Assembly: GCA_043228905.1 (NCBI GenBank)
Contig: JBHGNT010000017.1
Span: forward strand, 7,750,001 to 7,814,000
Direction of reading: 5' to 3'
Length of the DNA stretch: 64,000 nt
Source of the DNA: Azolla caroliniana
Lineage: Eukaryota; Plantae; Polypodiophyta
The notes under the pieces were generated by a model. The model was not told where the DNA came from and did no database searches. It was given only the letters and a program-made list of their open reading frames with translations. This document shows positions 35,776 through 49,100 of the stretch, one piece after another (the first letter of the stretch is position 1; each line of letters begins with the position of its first letter). Made by a program: the position numbers and the translations under genes.

Positions 35776-37469
35776 AATCATGAAAAACGGATCTTGAGGA
35801 AACAATACTCATAGGTATAAGAACAGAACCAAAAGTAAAATTATAAAATCATAGTATACAAACTGTATAATGCTTAATCACATACCATAGGAGTGTACTT
35901 TCAAACCCAAAGCTAGGTACCATTCGGCTTCAACTGTACGTTTACAGTCCAAACATATATTTTCTTTCTCTAAATGATAGTTAGCACATAAAAAATGATA
36001 TTTGTGCAAGCATGGTGTAATGATAGCATCCATAGACTCAAGCTTGAATCCAAGGCCACAGAATAAACACCTTTAGTAACGAGACACAACATACACTATA
36101 TTAGCACCAATGATATTTTATACCATAGAAGGTCAAAAAGGAGAAATATAAACCATTACCATGATATAATAATGTTTGTAATTGTACTTTCCATGCAAGC
36201 AGGGTGCTCAACTACATTTGGACACAAAGTATCTAAACCTTTTTCTTTTAGACCCTTCATCAAACATGTTAGGTTCTCTGAATGCAACTTTAAGGCTAAT
36301 AATTACTCATCAATTTCAGAATGAGAAGACCTCCATGTCTCTAGATCTTTCTTTTGTGCTTCCAGATGAATACCCATAGTTGTGAGCTCCTTCTTCAACT
36401 CCTCTTTTAACACATCACTTTCAGAATTTTGGATTGTTGATGCAATCCATTCGTATGTATTCGACATAGATGTGAATTGTTTCTCTACTGCCATCTCACC
36501 AGATGAAACTTCTTCCAAATCAGCCAGCAATGCTTGCATTTTTGTTTGCATGGAAGCTATACAATGTAACAATCGCTCTTCATGTTTTTCTGTCAGTGTG
36601 GATTTTTTTTTTGCAATTTGTTGAGTCAACATAGATGTTCGAGTTGGGATTTCAATTTGAGAGGTACCCTCAAACTTCATGGTAGTGTTGGTACTTGAGG
36701 ACCCTCTATAATGTGATGATCGATGATGAGCAAAATCTTCCCAATCAACTTCAATGCCACCATGGAGTTCACATGCAAATGCATGTGCAAAGACAGATCC
36801 TACCTCATTGTTTAGGATATGGTTCGTATCATAAACTTGTTCATATCGTGACTTTAGTTCAGTGATATAATCCTTCTTCAATTGAGTGAGGTGGAAACCT
36901 CTCCTTGTCTCGGGTTGTAATGAGCCCCAAGTTTTCATCATCCACATGTCTAGGTCTTCATAAGTGTTAGGTCGTGCACGAAGGAAATAACCCCATCCTA
37001 ATTTTGTACCTCGAAGGATGTTTGTGTGAATCTTCTTGCCCTGAGTTGTTGAAAACTTCGACCTCCCTCTGGTGGGGGTCATCTTACTTTCTTTGATGGG
37101 GGTCCTTTTTCTTTCCTTGCATGGTGTGTTGACATTTTCTTTGACCATTTTCTTCTTCGTGGGTGTCTTCCTTGTCATTAGAATCTTGTCTCTCTTCTTC
37201 ACCTCATATGCACAACAGTAGTAAATAACAGTAAATCATGCACAACAATAGTAAACAATATTAAATAATATACAATTCAAGGAGATGTTGGATATGAAAC
37301 ATAATGTTAACTCCCGATACACAACATATACACATGCATCATAACAGTTCTAAATCAGGTAGGAAAACAAGAATAATAAGGACGACAAGAACAACATGCA
37401 CAAAAAAAAGGACACAAACAAGTACAAGATCAAGATCAAGATCATTTAACAAGAACCCTCTTCCAATAT

Positions 37470-37935
37470 ATCAACATGTACAAAATTCAAGAACCCTAAA
37501 TGACAATAACACATAGAATCAAACATACAGTAGAACATGTACCAAATGTCATTAGGGTTGGGGCTATACAAAATTCAAGCACCTATAGAAAATGACATAA
37601 GCATGTTGATTGACTCACAAATTCAAGCATATGCATGTAAAAAGCTCTCAAATGATCAAGGGAGAACAACAACAACAAAACCCTAAACGATAGTAACATA
37701 TAGAATCAAACATACAGATAAACATGTCCCAAATATTATTATGGTTACATATGTACAAAATTCAAGCACCTATAGAAAATGACATGAGCATGTACAAGAC
37801 TCTCAAATTCAAGCATATGCATTTACAAAGCACTCAAATGATCAAGGGAGAACAACAACAACAACAACAAAACCCTAAATGACAAAAATAAATAGAATCA
37901 AACAACCATTAGAACATGTACCAAATGTCATTGTT
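37470..37935. repeat. ~190-bp tandem repeat, about 2.4 copies
   Basis: ACCCTAAA...ATAGAATCAAAC recurs near 37493, 37680 and 37873. Confidence 0.85.
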
Positions 37936-38344
37936 GAAGTCTTTGAAGAGGGGACGCGTTTGAAACACGGGTTGCAAGCAAACGAACACACCAAGTAGAG
38001 GGAACGCACTAGGTAGAGAGAACACGACCAATAGAACACAAACCGATGTGAAGGGGACACGGTGAGCAGACCACACTTCAGAGAACGCGGTCAACAGAGG
38101 AAAGCTCGATGCAACGAGGACACAATACAACACTTGATAGAGAGAGGACGCGACGAGGACACAGTTGAACACCTGATGTTGATGTAGTGAGGACACAGTA
38201 GGAAACCTAAGCGTATTGGTGTTGCAAAGAGGACACAACGAGCAGGGAATGCTTGGAGTATGCAGGGTGAGCAGAGAACGTGGAGAAAGCTGTGCAGAAG
38301 TTGGAAGAGAGATAGATAGATAGATAGATAGATAGATTATATTA

Positions 38345-39330
38345 TCGTCTTCGGAGGTCATATATGACCTATGAGACCAAAAAATATTACATTTCACGTG
38401 ATACGTGTGAAAGTGAGTAGTGACTCTCGATGTTCAAGAACTTTACCAATGAATGTTGCAATCGAGAGTGCACATTGTGGTTGTGAGAGGAATTCATGCA
38501 AAGATTGGGCTCGGTCGAAGAGATGTGGAAAGCATGGTCGAATATGATCAAAGGCAGAGCATTGTATCAAAGTGTGATACTCAGACTCGCGAACTTGTTT
38601 AGGGCAAAGAGAGAGGGAGGGAGGGGGGTACGAACGTAGTGAATGTTATAACGAGTAGAAGGGGGGAGGAAAGAGAGAGAAAGAGGAGGTATGAACCTAG
38701 GGAATCACCGAGTGTAGAGAGAGACTGACTAACTATCTTCATGATTGACTGACTACTTGAGATCTTATATAGTTAAGACCTCCTTACAACATTACCTAGA
38801 ATTTTAAAACAAGTGATGTTTTTCATATTTGAAATCTATTTTCATTGAATGTGACTTTTAATTTTAACACAAGTGATCAACTTTTTAAACCCAAATATTG
38901 GATTTATTTTTACATTTTTAAGCTTTTCGTCCACATGGAATTAGTACTAAAGTTTTGGCCAAACGTTGGTACACCGTAGCGTGCTCTGACCCATATATAA
39001 GAAGGCCTTATGCATTGATGTGGAGGAATAATGCAATGAATGTGGTAACGGAACATTGTAAATGGGAAGAGGTTGTCTTTCGAGGTCAAATATGACCTAT
39101 GAGACAAAAAAATAGGGTTTGCACATAATGCATGCGAAAGTGAGTAAAGAATCTCAATGTTCAAGAACTTTACTAATGAATGTCATAATTTAGAGTGCAT
39201 ATTGTGATTGTGAGAGAAATTCGTGCAACGATTAGGTTGGATTGAAGATGTGTAGAAAGCGTAATCAAATGTGATCAAAGGCAAAGCATTGTGTCAAAGT
39301 TTGACACCCAGACTCTTGAACTTGTTTAGG
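38345..39330. repeat. Two diverged copies of a ~260-bp repeat (38345..38602 and 39073..39330); the first is preceded by (GATA)n
   Basis: Shared GAGGTCA.ATATGACCTATGAGAC ... GAACTTGTTTAGG. Confidence 0.8.
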
Positions 39331-40289
39331 AAAAATCTACATTATTCACCTAGTCTCATCAGTTTTGCCTCAATCTCCCATCTCACAGTAACGTGATTGT
39401 GAATAAGTCATATGGAAGTAATTGTTCAGATAGTAGTCAATAGGATGGGTTGTAACATGTATCAGTATATGCAGTTTCCCCATTCGATGAAGAATATGGA
39501 AGTTCAACATTGTATCGAAGTGTGATCTCACAAACTTGCCAAATCAAAATATGCATAATTAGTGTTATCTCCTCACCCGTGCTCCAATGTCGTGTCTTAA
39601 TTTTAAACTTCTTATTTTGTCATTCTTGAAGTTGATGTGAGGGGTTCTTTTGATTGTTAAAGCATGTACTTCGCAACCCTTTATACACCCGTGATCTTAA
39701 TGGGAAGTGATATGATGAAAAAATAGGAATAAATATGACATTTATGTATATCTTGACTTGAAGAAACTTCATAAGAAGAAGCATGAGGACATTTTCAAAC
39801 TCTTTCTAATCTAGGGTTGAGGATATTGTTGCTCCATAATTCAATACAATAAAGAGATACTTATGTCACCTATGTGTCAAGGAGATGGTTCTTTATAACA
39901 AAACCTTTGATTTCTTTTTTGTTGCTTATTCTCAAATTCACACTTGAACAAAAGCTTTACCCACGCAATGCATTTATCTATTTCAAAGTGAATTTGACAA
40001 CGAAACCATCAAAATGATATAGAATAGAATTCTCATTATGCCATTTGGGCGGTTACATGTGAATGGCTCGAATCCAATCTAAAGTCATCGCGAAAACCTT
40101 GACCCATATTTTCTCACGACTTCCAGTGCTTGTTGGCCCATGATTTTGAAAAATCTCGTTAACGTTAAGAATGTGCACTTAATAAAATACCGAGAACATG
40201 AACAAAAAACCCTCAGACGGGGATGAAAGGAGAGAGACATACGAGAGGCGAACACGAAATTGGCGGACGAGAGAGATGATATTCATATG

Positions 40290-40416
40290 ATATGTATGTA
40301 TGTGTATTGTATGTATGTATTGTATGTATGTATGTATGTATGTATGTATGTATGTATGTATGTATGTATGTATGTATGTATGTATGTGTATTATATGTAT
40401 GTATGTATGTATGTAT
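40290..40416 (+). repeat. (TATG)n microsatellite
   Basis: Direct reading. Confidence 0.95.
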
Positions 40417-40740
40417 GGCATTGTCCTGTAAATTACCATATGTATGTATATATATGTTGTGGGTTCGATTCTCTGTGCATGTTCTTTTGTTTTATTTATT
40501 ATGGATTCTTATATGGCCCCAACAAAAAGGAGTAAAAAAAGGAGGCGATGCTTTTCTGCTTTCAGTCCTTCGTAGAAGCTTCCTTCCGCCATGGAAGCTT
40601 CGGATGCCAAGACGAACAACTGCTCTCTCTACCCTAGCCATCGCCACATCCATAAATTCTGTGTCCTGTTCATCCCCTTCCTCTGTGATCATCATCGTCA
40701 TCTTCTTCTTCTTCTTCTTCTTCTTCTTCTTCTTCTGGCT

Positions 40741-41202
40741 ATGGAATTAGATATAAGTCTAGATGGACCCTTCCTTTTCCTCGATTTCTTGCCTTCCATG
40801 GCACAGAAACTCGGAGTGGAAGGCCTCATGCAGGAGCTCGCCAAAGGCTTCGACATGCTCGCAGATCCTTCCACTCACACCATTACTGTCTCTAGCCTGC
40901 GCAAAAATTGTCACGCCCATGGCTTCGTCCTTCCTTCCATGAGCGATGATGAGCTTCTTGACATGATTAGGATGGGAGATTCTCATGTAAATGGCCGTCA
41001 AGAGTTAGATCTATTTGGTTTCTGTGTTGCCATGATTCGTAGTAGCCCTGGCCTCATGGATCAAGCGCTTCACTGGATCTTTAATCATCAGGAAACCTCA
41101 TTGTTTGAAGAAGAAGAAGAAGATAATGATGATGATGATGATAGTCATGCTGGTAGGGATGCAACTGTGGATGAAGGAGATTCAGGAAAAAGCTTTCTTT
41201 GA
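40741..41202 (+). CDS. KIC/PBP1-like single EF-hand protein, intronless, with acidic tail
   Basis: FLDFLPSMAQKLGVEGLMQELAKGFDMLADP...ITVSSLRKN...MSDDELLDMIRMGD...FCVAMIRSSPGLM matches the KIC/PBP1 family pattern. An in-frame ATG at 40591 is an alternative start. Confidence 0.85.
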   Translation: MELDISLDGPFLFLDFLPSMAQKLGVEGLMQELAKGFDMLADPSTHTITVSSLRKNCHAHGFVLPSMSDDELLDMIRMGDSHVNGRQELDLFGFCVAMIRSSPGLMDQALHWIFNHQETSLFEEEEEDNDDDDDSHAGRDATVDEGDSGKSFL

Positions 41203-41958
41203 GGATGACCACATTTGGCATGATCAATAGAAGAAAGACGAAGAGGAAAATGATGTCTGCTGGATGATGATGTATGTAAAAGCTTCGTTTTCTTTATGCT
41301 AATTTATGAAGCACGGATGATCAGAAAAAACACATTTCCATAAATGCGTCTGATCATCCATGCTACATTGAAATTTCTTTGTCATACTAATATTTTAAGC
41401 GTCCACTCATATGGTTCATTTTCATCAATCCATGCCATCATCCGTTGTTGTCTTAACGAGATCTAATATTTGCTGATATCATTCACCAATTGTGTGATTT
41501 TACCTAGCTCATGCTTGGGAATACTATTTTACTAAAGTGCGCATGATCATAAGTCCTGATCGGGCTTATGGATGTCGACGTTCTGAACACAGCTTATTTA
41601 CCCTGATCAGGTTATTGATCATCCATCCAAGTGCCAATATTATTATTGAATACATTTTAATATGCAATTCAGGAAGCAGACTTACAGTTCTGATCTACGT
41701 TTGCATTAGAGAATAATTTTTTAAAATTGGAAAAATGAAGTTAACATAATCAACAGGAATAATAAACAAATAAAACAAGTAAATAAATAACCATGAATTC
41801 AAAGTACTCTGAAGGTTCGAATGTATGAATGCAGTCCTCACTTCTTCATCATCTTCACACGCTTCCTCTAGCTTCAAGATTATTTAAGTCTCTTAGGGTT
41901 ACATCATACATGTGCAGGAATAGAAAAGAAACTACTATATAAAGTGATTGCCAGGTAC

Positions 41959-42146
41959 TAGGAGTAGGCAACGGCTCGGTTCAAGGTTAAACTGTTTTTA
42001 AACGGTAAAGGGTTTGTCCAAACCAGTTCCTAAACCCGTTCGGTTTGGTTCAAGTTTGGAGACTTCCAAACCGGTTAAGGCTTAAATGGTTTGGTTTGGA
42101 CAAGGGCAAACCGGTTAAGCCGAAACCAAACCGTTGCTGATTCGTA
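41959..42146. mobile_element. hAT-type MITE, degenerate
   Basis: Imperfect TIRs TAGGAGTAGGCAACGG / CCGTTGCTGATTCGTA; AAACCG/CGGTTT-rich interior. Confidence 0.7.
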
Positions 42147-42449
42147 CCGACGGGTACCCATCATTGTGGGTTTTATACCTGAAATGCGTTAAGTGGAACG
42201 GCATACACAAGTGATGTGATAGGTGCATGGCACCTTAATACTATATGGAACACCACTAAACACACAGTGTTGTTGTTGCACGTGGCCACTTGATGGTATG
42301 TGGAAGGCCAATGGACATAAGTGATGCTTCGTCAAATGGCCTATTGGATAGTATGTGGAATGCCAACGGACACAACATCATTAAGCATGCATGTGGCTCT
42401 GTAATGATACATGACCACGACATGCTTAGCACTGAGATGCAACATCATC

Positions 42450-42720
42450 TCATCCTCAACGCTCGATGGTGTAACATCACTTGTTGCATTGCGCCTAGCT
42501 TGCCCAAGTATTCTTGATGGAAAGTGGCAACTCAATCTACAAAGTTCATGACGTTGATTGCATGCCTCCCATGTGCACTTTGAGTCAAGGTAGCTCAACC
42601 ATTTGACAAGGTATTGTAGTTGGTTATGGTCGCAACTCATGTCCAATATTCACTTCACTTCGTACTCTTCATAATTGTCATCAACTTCCACAAATGGGGG
42701 TGGTGTTTTGCACTGACAAG
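42450..42720 (-). mobile_element. Ty3/gypsy chromovirus remnant (integrase chromodomain)
   Basis: LQYLVKWLSYLDSKCTWE in ORF 42341..42646, preceded by PPPFVEVDDNYEEYEV. Confidence 0.7.
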
Positions 42721-42965
42721 AAAATTATGAGATGTGCATAGTTTCTCACAATGATAGTGCATGAAACACAAACCATGTTACAAACTAATCTCGTGGTAAT
42801 CTTTACCATAATTTTCTTCAGACGAGGAAAAGAGTGACGATTAATTGAGAAATATAAAGAACGGACGATTACTTTTAATCCTAGGGACTGAGACGAACCC
42901 TTAAGGGCCAAGTGTGAACTTGTCAGGGGGTTTCGGGTCTGGTAAAAGTGAGGCTTAGGTAACCT

Positions 42966-43377
42966 TAACAATCAGCAACGGTTTGGTTCAGTTTGAGGGT
43001 GTCAAAACCAAACCACGAAACCGTTTAAAAAAATCTAAACTGTTAAAACCGCAATTTCGTGGTTTGGTTTCGGTTTTCAACTAAGGTCAAAATTCAATTT
43101 TTAATTTTAAAATTTTCATTATTTTAAAATTTTAAAATTCAAAATTTTAAAGCTTTTCCAAAAATGTGAGAATTAGGCTTAAAAATGAAAAGGTTATTTC
43201 AAAAAAAAATTAAAAATACATTAAATCATTTAAACTACGGTTTCTAACTGTTTGAAACCGAACCATTAAAAAAACTTAAACCTGAACTGAACCAAACCGA
43301 ACCGTTTAAACTATTAAGTCGTTAAGCCACAGTTTCATGGTTCATTTCGGTTCAAACCGAACCATTGCCGACTGTTA
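42966..43377. mobile_element. hAT-type MITE with 8-bp TSD
   Basis: TIRs TAACAATCAGCAACGG / CCATTGCCGACTGTTA. Flanks GGTAACCT and GCTAACCT match at 7 of 8 positions. AAACCG subterminal motifs. Confidence 0.85.
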
Positions 43378-46157
43378 GCTAACCTCATGATGGTGATCAT
43401 TCAATTACGTTGAGACTATGATCTTGTGGTGAGCACATGCCAATCTAGGTATGACGCAAAGACCATACATGATGGTATGATGTTATGGAATGTAGTTAAG
43501 GGCTCGAGTCCATCTTGATCCCTTCACTAGGGGGTGATCACGTGGATCGACGCCCTTCTCTCTTGGTCTCTTTATTTTCTTATCTATTTTCTTATTTTCC
43601 ATGCTCACATTAGATATATTCATAACAAGAGCGGTCCAATAAGTGTATCATCAAGCTTGTTGTATGGGTGTGTTCTCTTGGTGTTTTGCAATAAACTATA
43701 CCTTATTGCAAGTTTTCAACATTGGTTCAAGGTGGTGATGTGCAATTGGCATGCGAGTTTTGTGGAATTGGTGGACACATGCTTCAACAATGGGATTACT
43801 ACATGTTCAAGTTGGTCGTGCCATCAATGAGCATGGATGGAAACCATAATTGACCATGATAGTAACATGCCAACTAATTTGTGATGATTGTTGTTGCATG
43901 CAACTATTGCACAAGGAGGAAGTTGCATTGGGCTACTTGGCCTCGTTATTGTCTAAAAAGTAGCACATGTACAACTCCAACACTTGGATGTTGACACGAG
44001 AATACGTGCGTAAGTGTGAAACATGAGCGGAACCAAGGAAGATGGGATGGCCCGAGTTGATGACTTTGGAACTCTTGCAACTATTAGTTATGTTGGGTTT
44101 CAACTTCCTTCATATGATCCCGTTAGACCTTGAAAATGCTTTGTTTTTCTTTTAAGTGCGTGGTTCTATGTGCAAGTGAAAGTGTTTGAGAAATTTAGAG
44201 AAATTTAAGAATGTCTATGACATGCATTATTGTATTAATGTGATTGACTTGTATATGCTCACATATTTGTTTACATATGTGTTTATTTCTATGATAGTGT
44301 GCAAGGTATATATGTATAAATGAAGTTTGTTGTCGCTTCAAAAATAGGTTAAGTGTAGATATTTAACCAAAAGTAAATCTTTCATGTTACCTTTCCATTT
44401 ATGGTACTTTGTGTCGTTCATGGAAATATCTGCCCCCATAAGAGATTGCTAGAACGTGGCTCTCATACCACTTGGATTCACAATGGCACTTTACAACTTA
44501 TTACAAAATAAAGATTATCTTGTGCAAGTTATGCACATTACACGACCAAAATTTAATGTGGAAAGCCCTGCTAAAAAAACCATGGGACCAAATCCAAAAA
44601 CAATTCACTATCAATGGGTAAAAATTGTACACCAAATTTCTACTTTAAATGGATTGGAGCACAATGTGAAGAGGAAATTAAAATTTTCCTTGTAAAACTT
44701 GAACTCAACCAAAAAAACACCACCAAAAACTCACAACCCGTGGATAGATTTACAACTTTTTTCTACAAAGTATTGAAGATATAAGACTGCCACATCCTAC
44801 CTATCACAATAGTGCAACCTTCGCACATCAACACACTCATGGTTTTTCAATATTCATAAAGAGGAGAGACAAATGACTTGAATATTTATCATCTTTGCAT
44901 CTATCTTGCACAAGGATTGCATCCTTTCACTCAATTGACATTTTTTAAGTTCAAAAATCAAGGATATTTAGATGTAGGATAACTATATTGAGTTCAAATA
45001 TTTACAACCCATAAGGAATGTTTTGCATCCCTCAATCAAGTTTGGTATGTCATGAAAAGTTTCAATATTGTTGCAAGGTTCAAGCTAAGTAGTTTGATGA
45101 ATCCAAAAAATGGCTTATTTTTTCTGGCTTCTATTAGAGCTGTTTTTGAAATAATTCAATGGTTTAAATAAGACCATCATTGCAATACAATTACATTTCT
45201 AATGACCGCTTTGAGCTAAATATAATAAAGCAACTCAGCCAACAAAAAAAAGTTAAAATCGTGTACTGATCCAATAGAGTTTTTGGGGTGCATTTATTTT
45301 GGATTTAGAGATTTTTTTTTCAAATCAGCTTACAATCATGTTACAACAGTAAAGAGAAACATTTTCGCATATGTGAACCCCCTTCACTTTGCTGTTTGTT
45401 GGTACCATGGATCACATAAACATAGCATGCGTTAAGTATCAGTATGTTGAAAAAGAAAACTGTGGCTTTCTGTAAAAAATTGCTTAGCACGAAGTAATCT
45501 TCAGAAACATTTGGATAACAAGTCAAGTGTCATACTCTAAAGCCAAGTATCATGCTACTGAAACAGATTATGTCATAAAATGAATTTCCACCGACATGGT
45601 ATTACAAATTGATGTTCAAAGCTCAGAATACATTATATCCGTTTTTTCATGCTATTGAAAAAATTATTACATCATAAAGAGAATTTGCACCTTCACGTTT
45701 GACAATTTGACCCTGGTATGTTTGGGGGGAGAAATTCCTCAGCAAACTTGTACACAAATGATGCTTTAAGGAAAGCTGGACATAATGGCAATGCTCAATC
45801 ATGCGTGAAACCCATTTCTGAGCAACAAAAACCTTCTTATTTCTTGATCTGATGACCAGCTATACAACTTTCTCAAACTGAAAGTAAAAGTAAAAGTGCA
45901 AAGTTTATTTTCGGTCAAGTCATATATGATCAAGGTTGGAAAAAATACTACGTATTTCTTCTAGTCCCAAAGATCAGATAGACAAAAAAACCTGGATTGC
46001 TTTATGTACAGCCCACCAATGGCTACACTTTTGACAAAATATCTCAAACCATCCTTTTTCTTAGACAGCTACCCCCAGGTACAAAGAGAAATTAAGGCAG
46101 CAGTCATGACAACATAAGGCAAGAAAGATGAGCTTACTGAAATTTCCTTGTATATAA

Positions 46158-49100
46158 CTAATCTTGTCGTTCCAGCTCACCCATCCTTGCAATAATTGCC
46201 TATAAGAAAGAACCATAGCATAATAATCAAGTATCTCATGTTTTGACATTCTCCATTCTTCCACAAGTTGTACACAGATACAAACAAGAATCAAGGTGAT
46301 GAATCATGAAGATTGACTTATATTAATAAGGTGCAAATCAATTGTACTGCACCTAAAAACTTATATTTGCTACAGTTCTTCAACTTCCCACATTCATTAT
46401 TTCATACTTCTTGTGTTTCTTCTTTTGCAATGTATGCAGTAAAAGAACAATTTAGCACAAAGCACAAGAAACATACTTCAGAAATGCAAATACTGAGTAA
46501 CTTAATAAAAAAGAAACAGAGTGATCCTAAAAGAGAGTACTTCTCAATACCTTCTTGCTAGTTTCTTGTAATTCACCAGCAAGGATGAACTCGTCTAGAA
46601 TCAAATAAACCTGTTAATACAAAAGAAATTAAAGATCAAGTTGTCGTAAAATGGAAGACAAAGTCAAGTTCAAATTAGCATTATTTACTTGCCTTATGAA
46701 AATTGAAAACCAAATCAAGTTCACAAACATTGCTGAAGAAATGATCCAGAATCTCCACAAATAAATGAATGCTCTCCAAGTAAACTAGCTCATTATCAGT
46801 TATGTCCACACACATGGAGAAAAAAAGACCTGCATATCTCCGGTATATAACTTTGTGTGTTCGAAACTGCATTTCAAAATACTCTTATATTATAAACGGG
46901 TTTAAATACAAAAGTGGAACGCACTAGTCACATAAGCTCTGTTTGGAAAAAAGATATATTAACATCTTGTAAGAGGCCAAAAATAGCCTATGAGACTAAT
47001 TAGGAGATTACATCTTAAAATGTCCCCATCTTGAAGAACAAACCAAAGTAAGTATAGCCAGATTAGTAAAACTGCCTAACGTGTTAGATATTCCCAGCCG
47101 CGAAGCACTTATGTGTTGAGTTTAGGTGGACTTGAACGTCTGCCTTGGAAAGAACTCAATGTGGGACGATCTAAGATGGACATGTCTCTGAAGAGAGGAA
47201 AACACCTTCAATGTTGGATGATAATGCCTTCATTTGCCAATAACAACGGTGGTGAGCTGTGGAGAACAGGGACATGGCTTGTATGCATGACAAATTGCTA
47301 ATGCCAGATCTACTATAACCCCGTTCAAAAATTGTGATCAGAACCTTACTATGAAAAGGAACCAGGTTATGTGAAACCTGAAACAAAATAATGACCTATA
47401 ATTAAAGATTCTGGAAATTTCAGAAATTATCTATAGTAAGCAGTCATATTCAAGAGTGAATCTTGTGAACCCATCTTTGTTTTTTTCAGTGTTATACTAC
47501 ACCCACAGCATTATTTATTTTCAACACTCACGTTAGGGAGAATAGCCCCCTATTACCAAACTAATCAAGTATTAACACAACCTTCAAAGTGTTGGGAACA
47601 CCCTACACAACCAATCTTGGAGCTAGCATTATGAAGTTCATCGGGCCATGAACAACCATCCAATCTCATGCTCCCTAATCATCTTCATGAGCACAAGTTT
47701 ACAATCTTAATTGTCAATGTTGAGATAAAAGGTCTAAACCTCAATCATTACCAAGTACATGGACTTCGACACCATGGTCAATCACTTGGTACTGTATTTG
47801 GTGCTGGAAAGGTGCAAGAGTGCATGCCCATTTGTATGCTAACCCGTTAGGTGTTTCCTGCCAGGTATTGAACATGGGACCTCATGGTGCTAATGTCGAT
47901 ATCTTGACCATTAGGCTAACCACCAAGGGGAATCCCTCTCTCTACAGTACACCATAGTATGTCCCACTATTGGAGATTCTGACGAGAACCCATAGATATG
48001 TGGCTAAAGTAAAGGACATGGAGGCAATCAAGCTTGGAATGCTAGCAATAAAACACAGAAGACAAATAATACCAAAATTCTCTCTTCTAGCTGGACACAT
48101 GATGCACAAATGGTTTTAAGAGATGAAATGTGGCAACACTAACTGAGCTATATACTGATGATACATTCATGACAAATATTGAATATGCCTTATTGATACA
48201 GCCACAACTAAATAAACAGGCATGCCAAATTTGCAAGTTGCAATACTATTACAATCATATAGAACCAACATGTTGGGAAACCTACAAGGCAATGATTGGA
48301 TGCACCAGCCACATCTTCTTCATCCCCATGCCATTTAACATAAGAGGGGCGGTCATCTTCCTTCCCACTTGTAGTTGCAAACTTGAAATTGAGAATGGAG
48401 CTTGGGCAGGACTCACAAGACCAAATCAAATTTGTGCACTTCCAATAATGAAACCAAGGATTTGGAGCAGTTCACATTACGATGTGAAGCATTTAAAGCC
48501 ATCCAACTACACCTCCCACCATCAATTACCATATCCACCATCTTCACACAACTTCTAGGTTGGACACTCCAAACAACCCCTTCAGCATTTATTTATTTGT
48601 GCCCTCTACTTGACAGCAACAGTGCTCTACAAAAAATAAACAAGTCACATGTGGCTCCACCCGCTGCATCAGCAGAGGAGACTCTCTTATAACGCCATTT
48701 TTGGGACCCATAGACCATGTTTCTAGCATTCCGCGTACATTAGAATATCATCAGCATCTCTTATAGGGGGTATTGCATTGAAAAAAAGAGAAGGGTGCAT
48801 AGCACAAGGTCACATAGAAAGGAACATCCAAGGAACGGTATGTAATTAAAACGGATCATAAACATATGAAAAATTGGCCCTGATTGGGGCCCTATAGGAG
48901 CCCTCACATTCTCACTTAAAAACAGATTTGGTATTTAATTTAGCTGAGATGCATTTTATTTCAGCATCAATACAGTGTATTTTTCAGTTTCTTCCATTAT
49001 CATATCTTTGATATAGTCATATCTGACATATTTCAGGATAGGGAAGGGACAATCCCTTGTTATATGAGGAGGAGCTTTGCCATCCCATGTGGCATGGTTC

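Larger units (their letters stand above)
29831..37202 (-). pseudogene. Spliced accessory gene of the DNA transposon: basic N-terminus, coiled coil and RING-H2 finger, then acidic exons
   Basis: ORF 36303..37202 continues past one TAA to a donor at 36159. Intron 36071..36159 joins in frame (TG|G) to exon 35886..36070, CLFC-x15-CLH-x2-H-x2-C-x10-CLDC. Further probable exons near 34570-34820, 34303-34385 and 29831-30000. Confidence 0.7.
13505..38986. mobile_element. Putative large DNA transposon relic (Sola2-like) hosting Copia-4, Copia-5, Copia-6 and a LINE
   Basis: The TAGTACTA motif recurs at 13525-13540, 29200-29810, 34900-35770 and 38941. Host sequence is continuous across Copia-4 (13610 to 26471). 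Transposase and RING genes lie inside. Candidate right terminus ...CCGTAGCGTGCTC at 38986. Boundaries are inferred. Confidence 0.45.

Noticed and set aside
36303-36305. In-frame stops possibly repaired by U-to-C RNA editing
   Set aside because: Such editing is known only for organellar transcripts; C>T decay of methylated nuclear TE DNA explains the stops.
40179-40750. ORFs rich in YVCM/HTYI or poly-F/L (also 56923..57358)
   Set aside because: Microsatellite translations; the poly-Leu extension from ATG 40591 crosses a (CTT)n tract typical of a 5' UTR.
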